A stretch of DNA of 64,000 bases from Candidatus Cloacimonadales bacterium (GCA_963662275.1 OY759316.1:928001-992000), one strand, 5' to 3'. Shown: positions 19,301-29,858, counted from the first letter of the stretch. Notes: generated by a model not told the origin, from the letters alone. Numbers and translations: made by a program.

Positions 19301-21423
19301 AGTATTTTGTGGTAGCACAAGATCTGGCAACTACTCCGAATGTTGGTGCTCAACCTGGCAATGGATTTGTGGGAACTTCTGTAGCAGCGATTACAACTGC
19401 TCCTACTACTCCCAACAGTTATCTCATAATCCCTTCAATTAGCGGTGTTAAAACGATTGGCTCTGGAGGTGTGTATTCAACGATTACAGAAGCTCTTACA
19501 GTTCTCAATTCCGCTGAACTTGTAGGTTGGGTTGAATATCATTTTCTTGATTCCGACTATTCAACTCGCGAGACTTTCCCGCTTACAATCAATGCAATTG
19601 CTGGTTCAAGTGTAACGAACACGATTACTTTCAAACCTGCTACAGGAGTAAGTACTACAATTACTGGTTCGAATTCTACTGCAATATGGAATCTGAATGG
19701 TGCTATATATGTAACAATCGATGGTTCCAATAACGGTACTACAAGTAAAGACTTGACTATCATTAACAATAGTACGACTGCTCCTACAATTAATTTTGCC
19801 GGAGCTTCAGCTTCGAATACGATTAAGAATTGTAACATAAACGGAGCTAATTCATCTTCTTCCAGTGCAATTGTATATATAACCACAACAACGGCTGGAA
19901 ATAGCAATTCAATTCTTTCATGCGACTTAGGTTCGGGTGATACTTCTCCGGCTATAGGTGTTTATTTTACTGGAAGTTTTACTGGCGGACAGGTTGTTCA
20001 GGATTGTTCTATTAGAGGCATGACCTCTTATGGTATGTATGTTAGCAATTCATTGTCAAATGGCATCCTGTTACAAACAAACTCGATCCGTGATTTTGGA
20101 AGTTATGGCATATATTTAGCCGCTGGAAGCAATGTAGTTGTAAATAATTGCGAAATTTTTGGCTCTTCGACATCCACTTTGGTGGGTGGTATTTATCTCG
20201 GTAACAATCCTGGTGCTATTATAAAGAAGAACAAAATTCATGATATACAGGGTTCTACTAGCGCTACCCTTGTAGGTATCTATATTTATGGATACAGTGG
20301 AGCTGTCATGAATCAGCAAGTGATTAACAACGAAATCTACCTGGAAACAGGAGTAGCATCAACGACAGGTAGTGTAAAAGGAATTGATTACTACGCTTTT
20401 TCAGCAAATTCCTGTGAAATATACTACAATTCTGTCTTCATTGGCGGGACAGGCGTTACAGGTTCAACTGTTAGTTATGCCTTCCATAAACGTGATGCGG
20501 CGACTACTTTCAAAGTGGAGAATAATATCTTCGTGAATGCTCGCAGTAACAGTACAGGTACTGCTAAACATTATGCTATCGGTATAACAGGGGGAGGTAC
20601 CACTACGACAACGCTAGTACTGGATCGAAACGATTACCTTGCCAGCGGAACCGGTGGTGTTCTTGGTGTTCAGGGTACGACAGATGCCAGCAATATTGCA
20701 GCCTGGAGATTGTTATCACTGCAGGATGCTAATTCAATAGCGACAGAACCGTATTACAATTATGGAAGCCCTTATTTGCAGCCATATAATATATCCCCTG
20801 TATTTGGGGCTGGTACACCAATTACCGGAATTACTGATGATAAGCTCGATGTCGTTCGTAATGTTACAACTCCAGCAATGGGTGCATTCGAAACGGGTCT
20901 TGCTCTCGTAGTTCCCAATCCTGCAACACCGCTTTCTCCATCAAATGGAGCTACAGGTCAAGCACTGGGTGTGACTTTATATTGGACAAATGATGGTGGA
21001 TATCCCTCAACATGTCTTCTCAATTTCGGAACTAACCTCGCAGCCAACAATCTCATGTCAGGAGTAGATATTGGGTTGGTTACATCCTATTCTCCTTCTT
21101 CATTAGCAGGAGGACAGACATATTACTGGCAAGTCGTACCAAAGAATAGTGCCGGTGGCGCGGTAGGTTGTCCTATTTGGCATTTTACCACGATCAGCTC
21201 TGTCACACCTCCTATTAATGTCTCAATTACTCAATCTGGAGCAACAGCTATTATTGGTTGGAGTCCCGTTTCCGGGGCAACTGGTTACAAAGTCTATTGG
21301 GCAACATCTCCAACGGCAGCAGATCTGGATTGGCATTTTCTGGCATCGCCTACAACAAATACTTATACTGCTACTGATTTAACGAATGATCTTCGTTTTT
21401 ATAAGGTGACTGCAACCCAATAA
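16327..21423 (+). CDS. Giant secreted/surface protein (1698 aa) with beta-helix repeats, BNR-associated-like module and FN3-like C-terminus
   Basis: Signal peptide (SAWA-D), NYFWLTYDV, many YGIY/NIYNN parallel beta-helix repeats, TPDIGADEG, TYYWQVVP, terminal RFYKVTA. Confidence 0.8.
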   Translation: MKRNALVFLILMLLISISAWADQVIIGTGVLTQRQPLGCYWGYERSASIYTSAEIGTTGDISILEWYPTVAQTVTVPVKVYLMTTTASTLTADTWANAIAGATLVYNGNFSNPGTTWFPINLTTPFSYGGGANNLIVLVETNYGGTGVSPSTSSSCAYSTATSQNEYWYADNNPPLTSGAVSATRPNIRITISNPIPMTFTSCTTSQNTTAVWAGDTQQQVIGIQVVMTGSLTPLNLTQFTLKATGTTSVSEISNAKIFYTGANSTFSATSQFGSTVAAPTLANYTVSGTQTLGSGNNYFWLTYDVSASSVSGHVIDAECPSLTIDGVAHVPTITAPTGSRTINVPLTGTKTVGTGMTYTTMTAAINALNTLGVGAGGVIFSLTSGAIFTEDLPVITATGAADRTILFTTSAAGHATIKPTFTSGGGSDAGIAINGGDYITFNGIDVIIVSGGNAVEYGYYLYGGAQHCTIQNTTITLLETNTSTKAIYSYSTATTAATANSYNHFYNITSTHTYNGVYLSGSSTSGAEDTDNEVGISGGTTSIGTIGSSTASTSVYGIYAYYQKNAKIFNLTVITAASTTGSIYGIYTSGSASTIDIYNCQIRALASTSSGYVYGIYVTSGTTANIYSNTLRTLSSAGASVYGIYTYGGTTNNIYKNYVYDVTYSGTGSYSANGIYLAGGSTNNVYNNMIRTINAVASTATPGSAGIYLSSGTTENIYYNSILLSETGTVASTFSAALYASSTPTTIDMRNNSFVNKSTTGTSSTGRAVAFWKSTASYTNIAAVTNNNAYYAGTPSATNPIHYDGTNTYNTLALYKAAIATKDQSSITENVPYISTTNLHLSASTATQLESGGIPITTPIAITGDYDGDTGVDHLRSATTPDIGADEGVFVINDLNPPTISYTALVNTSSASSRTLSAVSIVDPSNVNVTAGTKPRIYFKKKTDANAFGVANNSTGDGWKWTETAGGATPFDLIIDVIKLRSVPVGGDSIQYFVVAQDLATTPNVGAQPGNGFVGTSVAAITTAPTTPNSYLIIPSISGVKTIGSGGVYSTITEALTVLNSAELVGWVEYHFLDSDYSTRETFPLTINAIAGSSVTNTITFKPATGVSTTITGSNSTAIWNLNGAIYVTIDGSNNGTTSKDLTIINNSTTAPTINFAGASASNTIKNCNINGANSSSSSAIVYITTTTAGNSNSILSCDLGSGDTSPAIGVYFTGSFTGGQVVQDCSIRGMTSYGMYVSNSLSNGILLQTNSIRDFGSYGIYLAAGSNVVVNNCEIFGSSTSTLVGGIYLGNNPGAIIKKNKIHDIQGSTSATLVGIYIYGYSGAVMNQQVINNEIYLETGVASTTGSVKGIDYYAFSANSCEIYYNSVFIGGTGVTGSTVSYAFHKRDAATTFKVENNIFVNARSNSTGTAKHYAIGITGGGTTTTTLVLDRNDYLASGTGGVLGVQGTTDASNIAAWRLLSLQDANSIATEPYYNYGSPYLQPYNISPVFGAGTPITGITDDKLDVVRNVTTPAMGAFETGLALVVPNPATPLSPSNGATGQALGVTLYWTNDGGYPSTCLLNFGTNLAANNLMSGVDIGLVTSYSPSSLAGGQTYYWQVVPKNSAGGAVGCPIWHFTTISSVTPPINVSITQSGATAIIGWSPVSGATGYKVYWATSPTAADLDWHFLASPTTNTYTATDLTNDLRFYKVTATQ

Positions 21424-21441
21424 AGAATAATTATCCGATTC

Positions 21442-21472
21442 GTAGAGACGCCCTATATGGGCGTCTCTTTTA
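21442..21472 (+). terminator. REP palindrome probably acting as terminator
   Basis: AGAGACGCCC-TATAT-GGGCGTCTCT followed by T-run, just after the stop codon. Confidence 0.7.
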
Positions 21473-21744
21473 TTTTGTGAAAGAATATCCGAGTGTATTT
21501 TGTATTTCACAGTAGTAGAGCTTTTAAATCCTTATTCAAGAGTATCTTGAAAAGTTGCTGGTTTTGCAAAGATAGCAATAAAAATACAAAATATGGAAAG
21601 ATTAATGCAATGATTTAGGTTTTAGTAATAATGTATGTGTTTGGTTATTTGTCTGTGTTTTTGGTCTTCATCTTGATTTTCCGTCAGTATCAGAAGTTGT
21701 TAACAGGTAAGGGGAATATCCTTAAATCCAAATTTGGAGGAAAG

Positions 21745-23826
21745 ATGAATAGATCCTGCAAAATAGCAATGACTTTTGCTCTCAGCTTTGTTTTATCAGC
21801 TTTATGGGCTATCACTATTTCGGATGCTCAGTCTATAAAAAATACGGAATCAGTTCAATCTGGTGGGATAAACGAAGTTAATATTGGCTTCGGAACAAGC
21901 ACGATGAGTACAATTCCCATCAACATTCAGTTCAACACACCTTATCAATACCAGGATGGTAAGCTGGTGATCATGGCATTGAGTCATATGAATACTCAAT
22001 TATATGAGGAATCAGCCAACGAATTCTATATTACAGAAGGATTAGAAAATTATAGTAATGACCTTTTAGAGCCTGATCCTACAAACCTTCCTTTAGAAAT
22101 GCAGGTAGCGAATGATTATCCAAATATTCCGTTGCATTTCCGTGACCTTGTTACTGTTTACGGTCGGGTTGTTTCCATCTTTCCTTCTACAATAGGCATC
22201 GAAGGTGCCATTATTACTTTAGCAAACATTCAAACATATTCTGTGTCTACAAACGCTAATGGGGAGTTTACAATACTTGGAGTTGTTTCAGATCAGACCT
22301 ATAACTATACTATTACTTCTGCTGGTTACCAGCCAGTATCGGGTACGATTGCAATTGCTTCTAATAATTCTGACATGGGTACTATCGTAATGACACAGAT
22401 GCTCGATCCTGTAACCAATGTAGTCGCAACTATAGCTAATAGTAATGTTTTATTAACTTGGGAAGCACCAGGAAACCAGTCTATGTCAGACACAGCAGAT
22501 GATAGACGCCCCGTACAATATAAAGTATATCGCTTACTTGTCGGACAAGAAAATAACCAAGCAATTTGGACATCACTGACTGCTTCTGCAATCCAAACGT
22601 TATCATATTCTGATTCCAGTTGGTCTATACTGCCACAGGGAGAGTATGTCTGGGCTGTTGTCGCTGAATATTCAGAGGGTATGTTATCTGCACCTACCTT
22701 CTCCAATCAGATGATACGGGAGATAAATGGAACTATATCAGGAACCGTGGCTAATTGGAATTCTCCAATTTCTGGGGCAAGAGTTTCAGCCGGAATGTAT
22801 TATTCTTTCACTAATGCTTCCGGCATATATACAATGACAGTTCCTACTGGCATATATTCAGTTACATGCTATCATTATAGTTATGTTCAGAGTTCACAAA
22901 ACAATGTAGAGGTTAATGCCATTCCGGAAGTTACGACAGTTAACTTTACTATGAATTACGCTAATAATCTTTTTGAAGATAGTTTTGATTACTATCCTGA
23001 TTTCGCATTAGAATTCGGTTCCTGGACAGTGAGAGATATTGATATGCAAAATCCTTATGTCATACCAGGTCACAGTTGGCTAAATGCAACAGAACATCAA
23101 GCTTTTATTATCTTCAATCCCACAGCTACTATTCCTCCACTAGTAGAAGCTGAACCACATACCGGTACGAAATATGCTGCTTGCTTTGATTCAGCTTATC
23201 CTAATAACGACTGGTTGATAACCACACGTTTTTTCTTGGATTCCTGGAGCGATTGCCATTCATTTTCATTCTGGGCAAAGTCTTATACTGCACAATATGG
23301 TTTGGAACGTATAAAAGTTGGTGTTTCAACAACGGGCAATCTCCCTGCAGATTTTATATTTATCAGTGAGGAACCATATGTTGAAGTTCCAACAACTTGG
23401 ACTCAATATTCATATAGCATAGTGGCATATCAGAATCAGTATATCTATCTTACAATTCAATGTGTATCTAATAACGCAATGATGCTGATGATCGATGATG
23501 TTGTTCTAAGTTCCGCAGTATCCAATCAAGATCCTCTAAACATGACGATAGTAAACAGCTTACACGGTAACTACCCTAACCCGTTCAACCCAAACACTAC
23601 CATTAAGTATTCGGTTAAGAAGGCATCACCTGTATCCATTACTATTTACAACCTCAAAGGACAGCTAGTTAAAACCTTAGTGGATGAAATTATGAATGCA
23701 GGTGAGTATAATGTTCTTTGGAATGGCACTGATGACAGCAATCGTTCCGTGACTAGCGGTGTATATTTCTGTAACATGAAAGCAGGACAATATACCTCTA
23801 CGAGGAAGATGATATTGCTGAAATAA
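21745..23826 (+). CDS. Secreted protein with carboxypeptidase-regulatory-like, FN3-like, cleaved-adhesin-like and FlgD-Ig/CTD domains
   Basis: GGAGG RBS before ATG 21745; NNDWLIT...FSFWAKSY...IDDV; GNYPNPFNPNTTIKYSV...IYNLKGQLVKTL...WNGTDD...SGVYF...KMILLK. Confidence 0.85.
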   Translation: MNRSCKIAMTFALSFVLSALWAITISDAQSIKNTESVQSGGINEVNIGFGTSTMSTIPINIQFNTPYQYQDGKLVIMALSHMNTQLYEESANEFYITEGLENYSNDLLEPDPTNLPLEMQVANDYPNIPLHFRDLVTVYGRVVSIFPSTIGIEGAIITLANIQTYSVSTNANGEFTILGVVSDQTYNYTITSAGYQPVSGTIAIASNNSDMGTIVMTQMLDPVTNVVATIANSNVLLTWEAPGNQSMSDTADDRRPVQYKVYRLLVGQENNQAIWTSLTASAIQTLSYSDSSWSILPQGEYVWAVVAEYSEGMLSAPTFSNQMIREINGTISGTVANWNSPISGARVSAGMYYSFTNASGIYTMTVPTGIYSVTCYHYSYVQSSQNNVEVNAIPEVTTVNFTMNYANNLFEDSFDYYPDFALEFGSWTVRDIDMQNPYVIPGHSWLNATEHQAFIIFNPTATIPPLVEAEPHTGTKYAACFDSAYPNNDWLITTRFFLDSWSDCHSFSFWAKSYTAQYGLERIKVGVSTTGNLPADFIFISEEPYVEVPTTWTQYSYSIVAYQNQYIYLTIQCVSNNAMMLMIDDVVLSSAVSNQDPLNMTIVNSLHGNYPNPFNPNTTIKYSVKKASPVSITIYNLKGQLVKTLVDEIMNAGEYNVLWNGTDDSNRSVTSGVYFCNMKAGQYTSTRKMILLK

Positions 23827-24221
23827 TACAGCAGATCTTTTAAACGAAATAAAGGCAGTGACTGGTGGCAGGTACTGCCATCAATGTCTGATTACTATTC
23901 TGATTTTATTCCTATTCATTGTCCCACAATCAACCCTGAAAATTGAATACGCAGATATTTGCAAATCGATATTATCATACAGAATGTTACAGAAAATGTA
24001 CAGACTTTAAAGAATATATTGCTGGAATGCTTTGTATACATATATATCGATAGACTAATTAAAATCAACTCTAATTAATTTTTGGGAATATCACGCAAAT
24101 TATGATACAATACGAATAATTTAGTTGACATATTTACAAGTAGTACAACAAAATAAGATAGTATCAAAAATCGTTCAAACTATAATTCAAAGACATATGC
24201 GAAAAATATCTAGGAGGATAT

Positions 24222-27200
24222 ATGACCAAGATTATTTCCATTTTTATATTTTTTATGCTGCTATCGGTCACAGCTATTTGTTCCGTTGGTACAGTCACGA
24301 TTGGAACAGGGACTTCTGTACAGCGTAGTCCACTAGGCAGTGTATCTGGTTATGAACGTTCTGTACAATTATATACCGCTGCTGAAATGAGTAATACTGG
24401 CGTCATCACAAAAATCGAGTTTTATACGATGACTGCTGAAGCAGTGACAGTTCCATGTAAAATGTACTTGAAAGAGACAACTGCTACAACGCTCACTTCT
24501 ACAACCTGGGCTACCCAGACTACCGGAGCTACCCTTGTGTACGACAGCAGTTTCACTGGTACGATCGCTGGTGGTTGGAATGAATTCTTAACCAATAATT
24601 ACTTCACTCTTACATCAGGAAAGAATTTGCTGGTCCTTGTGGAGACTAATTATGGAGGTACTGGTTCAGGACAAGGTTCCACCAGTCCTGATTGCAGGTT
24701 TTCAACCTTGGCAAACACCCAGGAACGTTGGGCTCAGAATACTACACCCCCTACAGGAAGCGGTGCTGTCCATTCAACCCGACCCAATGTCAGACTGACT
24801 TTTAATAATGCAATGACCTATACTTCATCGACAACAACACAATTTACAGGTACTGTCGTGGCAGGAACAAACCAGCAGCCTGTTTTGGGGGTTCAAATTG
24901 TGATAGGAGGAAGCGGTGTTCCGTTATATTTGTCGATGCTTTCATTTGCTTCCAACGGCACATCCTTACTAAGTGATGTTGCCAATGCCAGATGTTACTA
25001 TACAGGTACAAGCAGTACATTCTCCACAGCTACCCAGTATGGATCAACATTCAGTTCAGTTTTTGAAACTTATTATTTTGAAGGAAATCAAACACTTGCA
25101 GCAGGGACGAATTACTTTTGGCTCACTTACGATGTTTCATCAACGGCAGGTCACGGGAACCATATCGATTCTGAGTGTCCACAGGTCTATTTAGATGGAA
25201 CAGGACTAGTGCAGTATACGCCGACAGTTACAGCTCCGTCTGGCTATTTGACTATCCGTACTCCTCTATCAGGTACCAAGACAATAGGACCTGGTGGAAC
25301 ATATACTACTTTCGCGAGTGCTATCACAGATTTAAATGATCATGGAGTTAAAAGTCCAGGTTTGACTTTTAACGTAACTTCAGGAACTGTATTTACTGAA
25401 GGGTCACTTACGATAACGGCAACAGGGACTGCTTCGAGTCCCATCATCTTCCAGAAGTCTTCCACTGCACATGCCACTGTAAAGCCAACTTTAAACACTT
25501 CATGTTTTGATATCACAAGCAGTGATTACATCACCTTCAACGGTATTGATGTTGTCATTAATTCAGGAAGCTATGTAAAATATGCTTTTTACTTACATGG
25601 AACTGCAACTGATGGGGCGCAGCACAATACGATCAAGAATTGTTCGATCACTTTAAATAAAACCAATACAGATTCAAAAGGTATCTATTCAAATTCAACT
25701 GCCACTTCGAGTGGAGGTTCCAACAGTTATAATCACTTTTACAATGTAACGATCAGTAATGTTTATAGCGGTATCTATTTAGCAGGATCATCCACTTCAG
25801 GGTGTTATGACTCTGGAAATGAAATAGGAAGCGAAACGGTTGATCATTTTAGTATCACAAATTTTGGAGGCGATACTTCTGCTTCTTATGGTGTGTATGC
25901 AACGAATCAATTGAGTGCAAAAGTCTTTGAGACTGAAATCAATGATTCAGCTTGTACTACATCATCTGCAAGTCTATTTGGCATATACTTTTTGGGTACG
26001 AATTCAACCGCAGATATCTACAACAATATTGTACAATCTCTACAAACCAGTTCAACAGGATATGGAGTATATATAGGAGCAGGAAATACGGTGAATTTTT
26101 ATTCTAATCAGATTAACGGTGTCTATAGTACCTCAAGCAGCTCCTATGGTTTGTATATTTCTTCAACTACATATTCAAATATGTATAAAAATAATATCTC
26201 CTACATCTCGACAGATGGGGTCTCATCCAAGGCGATCGGAATATATAGTTTTTCCGGAACAACACACAATATTTACAATAATATGATCAGTCACATCAAC
26301 TCTCCCAATAGCACAAGCGCACCATCAGCAGCAGGTATGTCTCTGAATTCAGTAACTACCTATGGTATCTATTACAACACGGTTAAATTAGAATGTACTG
26401 CTTCAATAACTGATTTGTATACTGCAGCCTTTCGTTCAACACATGCACCTGATTCTATAGATATTCGGAATAATATCTTCATCAATAAATCGGCAACAGG
26501 TTCAGGTACTTCCGGAAAAGCAGTTGTTTTATGGCGAAGTACAAATCCATCATATCGGGTCGCAGCATCCACCAACAACAACTTATATTATGCAGGTACA
26601 CCGGGAAGTAAAAACCTGATCTTCTATGATGGATCAAATGTCTGTGAAACCCTTAGCTCTTACAAACTGCTTGCTGAAACTATAGATCAACAGTCATTTA
26701 CTGAAGATGTTCCTTTTGTCAGTTCAACAGACCTTCATATTTCTTTATCAATACCTACCCAGGTTGAAAGTGGTGGTTTACCGATAACGACACCATTTGT
26801 TTTAAATACAGATTATGATGGAATCACAAGATCAGCAATTACACCTGATATCGGTGCAGATGAAGGGACGTTCATTTTGGCTGAATATAATCCGCCTGTG
26901 ATAACCTATAGTCCTTTTGGTTACACGTATTCCACGAGTTCACAAACTCTCAGTAATGTCGTCATTACAGATGGCTCAGGTTTGAATGTAACATCAACCT
27001 ATAAGCCTCGTGTTTATTTCAAGAAAAATACGGAGACAAATTCATTCGGTGCCAACAATTCAGGTACAAACGGCTGGAAGTGGACTCAAACTACTTCTTC
27101 ATCATCACCCTTCGAGTTTTTATTGGATTATTCGTTACTAAACAGTGCCGTAGTTCCCGGTGATACAATCCAGTATTTCGTTGTTGCCCAGGATTCCTTT

Positions 27201-29840
27201 TCAACACCCAATGTAGGTTCACAACCTTACGACGGATTTGCAGCAACTTCTGTCATAGCTGTTAGCTCTGCCCCAACCACTCCCAATAGCTATTATATAA
27301 CTCCGTTAAGCGGTACCAGGACTGTGGGACCAGGAGGCGATTATCCTACTTTAGCAAGTGCTATAGCCATGTTAAATGCTTGTCTGATGGATGGACCTAC
27401 TGTTTTCCAATTAATTGATCATGATTATTCAACGAATGAGACTTTTCCTTTAACGATCATGTTGACTAGAGGTGCCAGCGCTACAAATACGATTACGTTT
27501 GCACCTGCTCCTGGAATGACAGATGTTGGCATAACCTGTGCAGGTTCCGCTAGTGTATTGAGTTTTGATGGCGCAGAATATGTTACCTTCGATGGAGATT
27601 ATTATCTTGAAAGTTCCACTCTTACGATGATAGGTAATGGCTCTTCTTCTGCTGCTGTTAACATTGGCGGTACATCTGCAAATAATACAATACGGAATTG
27701 CATTATCAAAGGATGTTCAACAAACATTTTTTCAGGTGTCCTTAAAATTAACACAACAACGTCAGGAAATGGGAATCAGATTATTTCCTGTGATATCGGT
27801 AATGGGAGTATAAAACCTCGATTTGGGATATATCTCTCTAGTTCTGCTAATGGTAGCCAGACGATCAGGGAATGCAATATACATGGAATTTCCAGCAATG
27901 GCATTCAAATCTATAGTTCCTCATCCAATGGTGTACAAATTCTGAATAATGTATTCTCCGATTTTGGGGCGACAGCAATTTTCTTACGGGAAAGCAACAA
28001 TACCACGATTGAGGGGTGCGAAATCTCTTCAACAAATCCGACATCTTCAGATTTAAGTGGAATTTCTATTGCAAATGCGCCCGGTACTGTGATAAGAAAT
28101 TGCAGGATTCATAATCTTGTTGGTTCTTCAACAGCCAGTTTGGAAGGTATCTCGATTTCTGGCAGTTATGGTGTCTCCATGACACCGAAAATCTATAACA
28201 ATGAGATTTACCTTGAGACTGGAGCTTCAACAACTACCGGTGATGTTAAAGGAATAGAATATAATGGGTTTGATACTAACTCTTGTGAAATCTATTATAA
28301 CTCTGTTTATCTAGGTGGTACTGGAGTGACAGCAGGGAATAGTTATGCGTTTTTAAAGCAAAATGCATGTTCGAATCTGACTATTGAGGATAATATCTTC
28401 ATGAATGCCCGTAGTAATGGAACAGGTACGGGTAAACACTGTGCAATTGGTTATACGAATACTTCTACTACTGCACTTACTTTAGATAGAAACGACTATT
28501 ATGCCAGTGGTACTGGAGGTGTTCTCGGTATTTGGAATACTACAGAAGCAACTTCATTAGCAAATTGGAAGTCATTATCTTCTCGCGATCTATTCTCTAT
28601 TTCTGCAAATCCTGTTTTTGGATTCAGTACACTTGATTATCTGAGACCATACACGATTTCGCCTGTTTTCCATGCAGGTGTACCAATCACAGGTATTGTA
28701 GATGATATTCAAGCGGTATTGAGAAGTGAAACAGCTCCTGCTATAGGTGCATATGAAACAGGTATAGCCATGACAATTCCCAATTCTGCTGTTCTTGTTT
28801 CTCCTGGTGATACAGTAACCAATCAAAGTACTACTGTCAGCATGAATTGGGCGGATGGTGGTGGTTTGCCTTCTGCGTATGTGATGAACTTCGGAACAAA
28901 TGATCCGCCAACCAACATTCTTCATAATTATTACCTTGGTAATGTCTTAACATATTCTCATGAAGAGCCATTAATATATGGAACAACATATTATTGGCAG
29001 ATCATACCTGTGAATAGCGAGGGAGATGCTGAAGATTGTCCCATCTGGTCATTTACAGTGATGATCGATCCCAGGATTCATGATTTTCCTTATACCGAGA
29101 ACTTCGATACCACATTTCCTCCAACCGGCTGGACTGTTGTTACATCATTTGATCCAGATTCCAATTGGAGACAAAACACCGAAGTTGAACTCAATCATAA
29201 TACCAGTACAGGTTCTGCAGCAGTGGGCTATGGCTATGATTATCTTCATTACAATTACTGGCTGATCACACCACCTATACTTGTGGATGCGAATACGCTA
29301 AGATTCTGGGCAAGAGATTACTTATCGACTGAATTATGGGATTATCCGGATGAATATACCTGGATTCGAATATCGACAACCACGCCGGATACATCTTCTT
29401 TTACAACAACCATTGGAGCTTTGGATTACCTGGATACTGGTGAAACATATAAACAATATGCAGTTGATTTAGCTCCATGGGTTGGTCAGACAATTTATAT
29501 AGCTTTTATTCGTCATGGAACTGGTGGAAATTACTTCTTTTTAGATGATTTGAGTATCCAGGAAGAAAGTCTAAATCAACCAGTTGTCATTCTTACTCAG
29601 ACTGAATCAGGCGTTCAACTTGATTGGATGGAAGATACATATAGTCTGGGATACAAAATTTTCGAAGCATCCACTCTAGATGGTCCTTGGACATATCTAA
29701 CGACTACCTCAACAAATACGTACATTGATACTAACGTTACCGAAAAGAAATTCTACAAAGTAGTGACTACCAATATCAATGTAACGAGTGAATCGAAATC
29801 TTATCCGGAAATGAGGCATAGATCTTTGCCAAAGAAATAA
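24222..29840 (+). CDS. Giant secreted/surface protein (1872 aa), paralogue of 16327..21423 with extra cleaved-adhesin-like domain
   Basis: Signal peptide; shares GYERS, NYFWLTYDVS, TPDIGADEG, KPR(V/I)YFKK..GWKWT, IQYFVVAQD, LDRNDY..SGTGGVLG with the upstream paralogue; NYWLITP..LRFWA..LDDL module; KFYKV near the C-terminus. Confidence 0.8.
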   Translation: MTKIISIFIFFMLLSVTAICSVGTVTIGTGTSVQRSPLGSVSGYERSVQLYTAAEMSNTGVITKIEFYTMTAEAVTVPCKMYLKETTATTLTSTTWATQTTGATLVYDSSFTGTIAGGWNEFLTNNYFTLTSGKNLLVLVETNYGGTGSGQGSTSPDCRFSTLANTQERWAQNTTPPTGSGAVHSTRPNVRLTFNNAMTYTSSTTTQFTGTVVAGTNQQPVLGVQIVIGGSGVPLYLSMLSFASNGTSLLSDVANARCYYTGTSSTFSTATQYGSTFSSVFETYYFEGNQTLAAGTNYFWLTYDVSSTAGHGNHIDSECPQVYLDGTGLVQYTPTVTAPSGYLTIRTPLSGTKTIGPGGTYTTFASAITDLNDHGVKSPGLTFNVTSGTVFTEGSLTITATGTASSPIIFQKSSTAHATVKPTLNTSCFDITSSDYITFNGIDVVINSGSYVKYAFYLHGTATDGAQHNTIKNCSITLNKTNTDSKGIYSNSTATSSGGSNSYNHFYNVTISNVYSGIYLAGSSTSGCYDSGNEIGSETVDHFSITNFGGDTSASYGVYATNQLSAKVFETEINDSACTTSSASLFGIYFLGTNSTADIYNNIVQSLQTSSTGYGVYIGAGNTVNFYSNQINGVYSTSSSSYGLYISSTTYSNMYKNNISYISTDGVSSKAIGIYSFSGTTHNIYNNMISHINSPNSTSAPSAAGMSLNSVTTYGIYYNTVKLECTASITDLYTAAFRSTHAPDSIDIRNNIFINKSATGSGTSGKAVVLWRSTNPSYRVAASTNNNLYYAGTPGSKNLIFYDGSNVCETLSSYKLLAETIDQQSFTEDVPFVSSTDLHISLSIPTQVESGGLPITTPFVLNTDYDGITRSAITPDIGADEGTFILAEYNPPVITYSPFGYTYSTSSQTLSNVVITDGSGLNVTSTYKPRVYFKKNTETNSFGANNSGTNGWKWTQTTSSSSPFEFLLDYSLLNSAVVPGDTIQYFVVAQDSFSTPNVGSQPYDGFAATSVIAVSSAPTTPNSYYITPLSGTRTVGPGGDYPTLASAIAMLNACLMDGPTVFQLIDHDYSTNETFPLTIMLTRGASATNTITFAPAPGMTDVGITCAGSASVLSFDGAEYVTFDGDYYLESSTLTMIGNGSSSAAVNIGGTSANNTIRNCIIKGCSTNIFSGVLKINTTTSGNGNQIISCDIGNGSIKPRFGIYLSSSANGSQTIRECNIHGISSNGIQIYSSSSNGVQILNNVFSDFGATAIFLRESNNTTIEGCEISSTNPTSSDLSGISIANAPGTVIRNCRIHNLVGSSTASLEGISISGSYGVSMTPKIYNNEIYLETGASTTTGDVKGIEYNGFDTNSCEIYYNSVYLGGTGVTAGNSYAFLKQNACSNLTIEDNIFMNARSNGTGTGKHCAIGYTNTSTTALTLDRNDYYASGTGGVLGIWNTTEATSLANWKSLSSRDLFSISANPVFGFSTLDYLRPYTISPVFHAGVPITGIVDDIQAVLRSETAPAIGAYETGIAMTIPNSAVLVSPGDTVTNQSTTVSMNWADGGGLPSAYVMNFGTNDPPTNILHNYYLGNVLTYSHEEPLIYGTTYYWQIIPVNSEGDAEDCPIWSFTVMIDPRIHDFPYTENFDTTFPPTGWTVVTSFDPDSNWRQNTEVELNHNTSTGSAAVGYGYDYLHYNYWLITPPILVDANTLRFWARDYLSTELWDYPDEYTWIRISTTTPDTSSFTTTIGALDYLDTGETYKQYAVDLAPWVGQTIYIAFIRHGTGGNYFFLDDLSIQEESLNQPVVILTQTESGVQLDWMEDTYSLGYKIFEASTLDGPWTYLTTTSTNTYIDTNVTEKKFYKVVTTNINVTSESKSYPEMRHRSLPKK

Positions 29841-29858
29841 TATCTTTTATTCTCCTTC

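Noticed and set aside
16327..29840. Diversity-generating retroelement acting on the paralogous surface proteins
   Set aside because: No reverse transcriptase in the window and no near-identical TR/VR pair differing only at adenines was seen
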